A stretch of 64,000 bases of DNA from assembly GCA_036796575.1 (NCBI GenBank), contig DAIRCR010000002.1, forward strand, positions 155,393 to 219,392, written 5' to 3'. Under the pieces are notes generated by a model that worked only from the letters and a program-made list of their open reading frames with translations, was not told the origin of the DNA and did not search any database. Positions 62,643-64,000 of the stretch are shown here, piece after piece. The position numbers and the translations under genes were made by a program. The number at the start of each line of letters is the position of its first letter. Position 1 is the first letter of the stretch. The stretch is from Candidatus Nanopelagicales bacterium (GTDB lineage Bacteria > Actinomycetota > Actinomycetes > S36-B12 > UBA5976).

Positions 62643-62869
62643 TCGTACTCCTTCATCCAAGTCGCGCGACTTCTCGCGAAACTTTCAAACGTTTATTGTG
62701 ATGGCGGCACCGCCACTAGCTCCGACCCACGCGGTCGGGTGTGTTGCCCGATTTAGCGCGAGTTACAAGACATTTCCTTTAGATAAGGAGCCTGTCTTGC
62801 GAACCCTGCGCCGACGGGGAAGCCCTAGGCATAGATGCGAAACCTAACTTTCGTTAGGCACAAGGTGAA

Positions 62870-62905
62870 ACATTACCCACACTTGTGGTTAAAGGTCAAA
62901 ACGAG
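62870..62905 (-). promoter_or_regulatory. SigA-type promoter of the str operon
   Basis: Minus strand TTGACC-N18-TAATGT. Confidence 0.65.
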
Positions 62906-63126
62906 ATCGCCCCCCACCCACGCGGACGGCGTGTCGCACCCCAAAATCGGACATTTTGGTCAAAAACCAGGCTTTCGGGTAGCGGCTTTCCCCTTCGAAA
63001 AGCTCCCTTGCTCAAAAGAGTTGCTTCGCAAATTTTTCGCTCGGGCCTTTTCTTCGGGCTCAAGCCGAGTTAGTGCGCTAAGCCCCTTATCTCTGGGCAG
63101 AAATTCAGCTTTTCGGCAGGTAGCCC

Positions 63127-63166
63127 AAAACAAACAGGACCAAGCATTTCTGCCTGGCCCTGTTTG
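63127..63166 (-). terminator. Intrinsic terminator of rpoC
   Basis: Minus strand CAAACAGGGCCAGGCA-GAAA-TGCTTGGTCCTGTTTG-TTTT; 16-bp stem with two G-U pairs. Confidence 0.85.
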
Positions 63167-63177
63167 AGTATTGCTAG

Positions 63178-63999
63178 TTATGAACGATACTGACCCATGT
63201 CGTAATCTTCCAAGCGAACTGCTTCGCCGGAAGCCTGACCGAAGTCGCCGTAGTCGTAGTCGTCGTAGACGCTCATTGCGGCGTAGACGGCTGCCTTGGC
63301 CTCTTCGGTTGGTTCGACCTTGACATTGCGGTAACGCGGAAGACCGGTACCTGCTGGGATCAACTTTCCGATGATTACGTTTTCCTTTAGACCAAGCAAT
63401 GGATCGCGCTTGCCGTTGATTGCAGCATCGGTCAGGACACGAGTTGTCTCCTGGAACGATGCAGCCGACAACCAAGATTCAGTTGCAAGTGATGCCTTGG
63501 TGATACCCATTAGCTCTGGACGAGCTGATGCTGGCTTGCCACCTTCAGCAACTAGACGACGGTTGTCGTTTTCGTATGCTGTGCGCTCAACAAGTTCACC
63601 CGTTAGGAATGTGGACTCAGCCTGTTCAACGATGATTACTCGCTTCAACATCTGGCGCACGATTACTTCGATGTGCTTATCGTGAATCGATACACCCTGT
63701 GAGCGGTAGACCTCTTGAACTTCATCAGTTAAGTGAATCTGAACCTGACGTGGACCACGGATACGAAGAACTTCCTTCGGATCAGGCTTACCAACAAGGA
63801 TCAAATCACCAGCTGTGACAGTCTGACCATCTTCAACTACTAACTTGGCACGCTTAGAAACTGGGTATTCCAGTTCTTCGGAACCATCATCAGGAATAAC
63901 GATGACCTTCTTGGCCTTATCTGATTCATCAATGCGTACGCGGCCAGTAGCTGCGGAGATTGGTGAAACACCCTTTGGAGTACGAGCTTCGAAAAGTTC
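63178..63999 (-). CDS. rpoC: RNA polymerase beta' subunit (3' part; gene continues beyond the window)
   Basis: [49 protein letters not shown]. Confidence 0.99.
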   Translation of the reverse strand, partial: ELFEARTPKGVSPISAATGRVRIDESDKAKKVIVIPDDGSEELEYPVSKRAKLVVEDGQTVTAGDLILVGKPDPKEVLRIRGPRQVQIHLTDEVQEVYRSQGVSIHDKHIEVIVRQMLKRVIIVEQAESTFLTGELVERTAYENDNRRLVAEGGKPASARPELMGITKASLATESWLSAASFQETTRVLTDAAINGKRDPLLGLKENVIIGKLIPAGTGLPRYRNVKVEPTEEAKAAVYAAMSVYDDYDYGDFGQASGEAVRLEDYDMGQYRS

Positions 64000-64000
64000 G

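Noticed and set aside
19541-63070. CAAGCCGAGT at 19541, 32085 and 63061
   Set aside because: Tens of 10-mers are expected to occur three times by chance in 64 kb, and one copy is in coding sequence
16385-63685. Many long antisense or alternate-frame ORFs (e.g. 16385-16930, 17002-17511, 20576-21202, 20872-21396, 59178-59762, 62960-63475)
   Set aside because: Shadow frames of confidently identified genes, with no RBS or recognisable motifs
1-64000. Transposases, integrases, prophage genes, defence systems, rRNA and tRNA genes
   Set aside because: No ORF has DDE, tyrosine/serine recombinase, phage structural or nuclease-defence motifs; the only T-arm/CCA signature belongs to tmRNA

Overview
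Core-genome window of an actinobacterium. Moderate GC and very tight gene packing suggest a small-genome, possibly freshwater lineage (inference). The right half is the canonical actinobacterial translation super-cluster on the minus strand: rpoC 3' end, str (rpsL-rpsG-fusA-tuf), S10, spc, secY-adk-map-infA-rpmJ, alpha operon, truA, rplM-rpsI-glmM-glmS, acpS-alr-tsaE-tsaB-rimI-tsaD. The left half holds tmRNA (ssrA, tag AKSNRTDFALAA), a GlnA4-type gamma-glutamylation catabolic cluster with a ureohydrolase and a threonine aldolase, smpB/M23/ftsX/ftsE/prfB, a seven-gene Tad/Flp pilus locus, dedA and a large NAD-GDH. No CRISPR array, rRNA, tRNA or transposase was found. The most notable unexplained signals are: (1) three unrelated hairpin-rich tandem repeats (78, 74 and 35 bp units), each at a convergent gene junction, the 74-bp one showing compensatory base changes; (2) two perfect inverted DnaA boxes upstream of the Tad operon, which runs almost without a gap into prfB-ftsEX; (3) a Flp-like pilin lacking the canonical E+5/Y+6; (4) an MFS + NylB-like hydrolase pair inserted in the ribosomal cluster. 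All product calls come from motif recognition, not database searches. Several starts were moved from the ORF track using RBS or homology.
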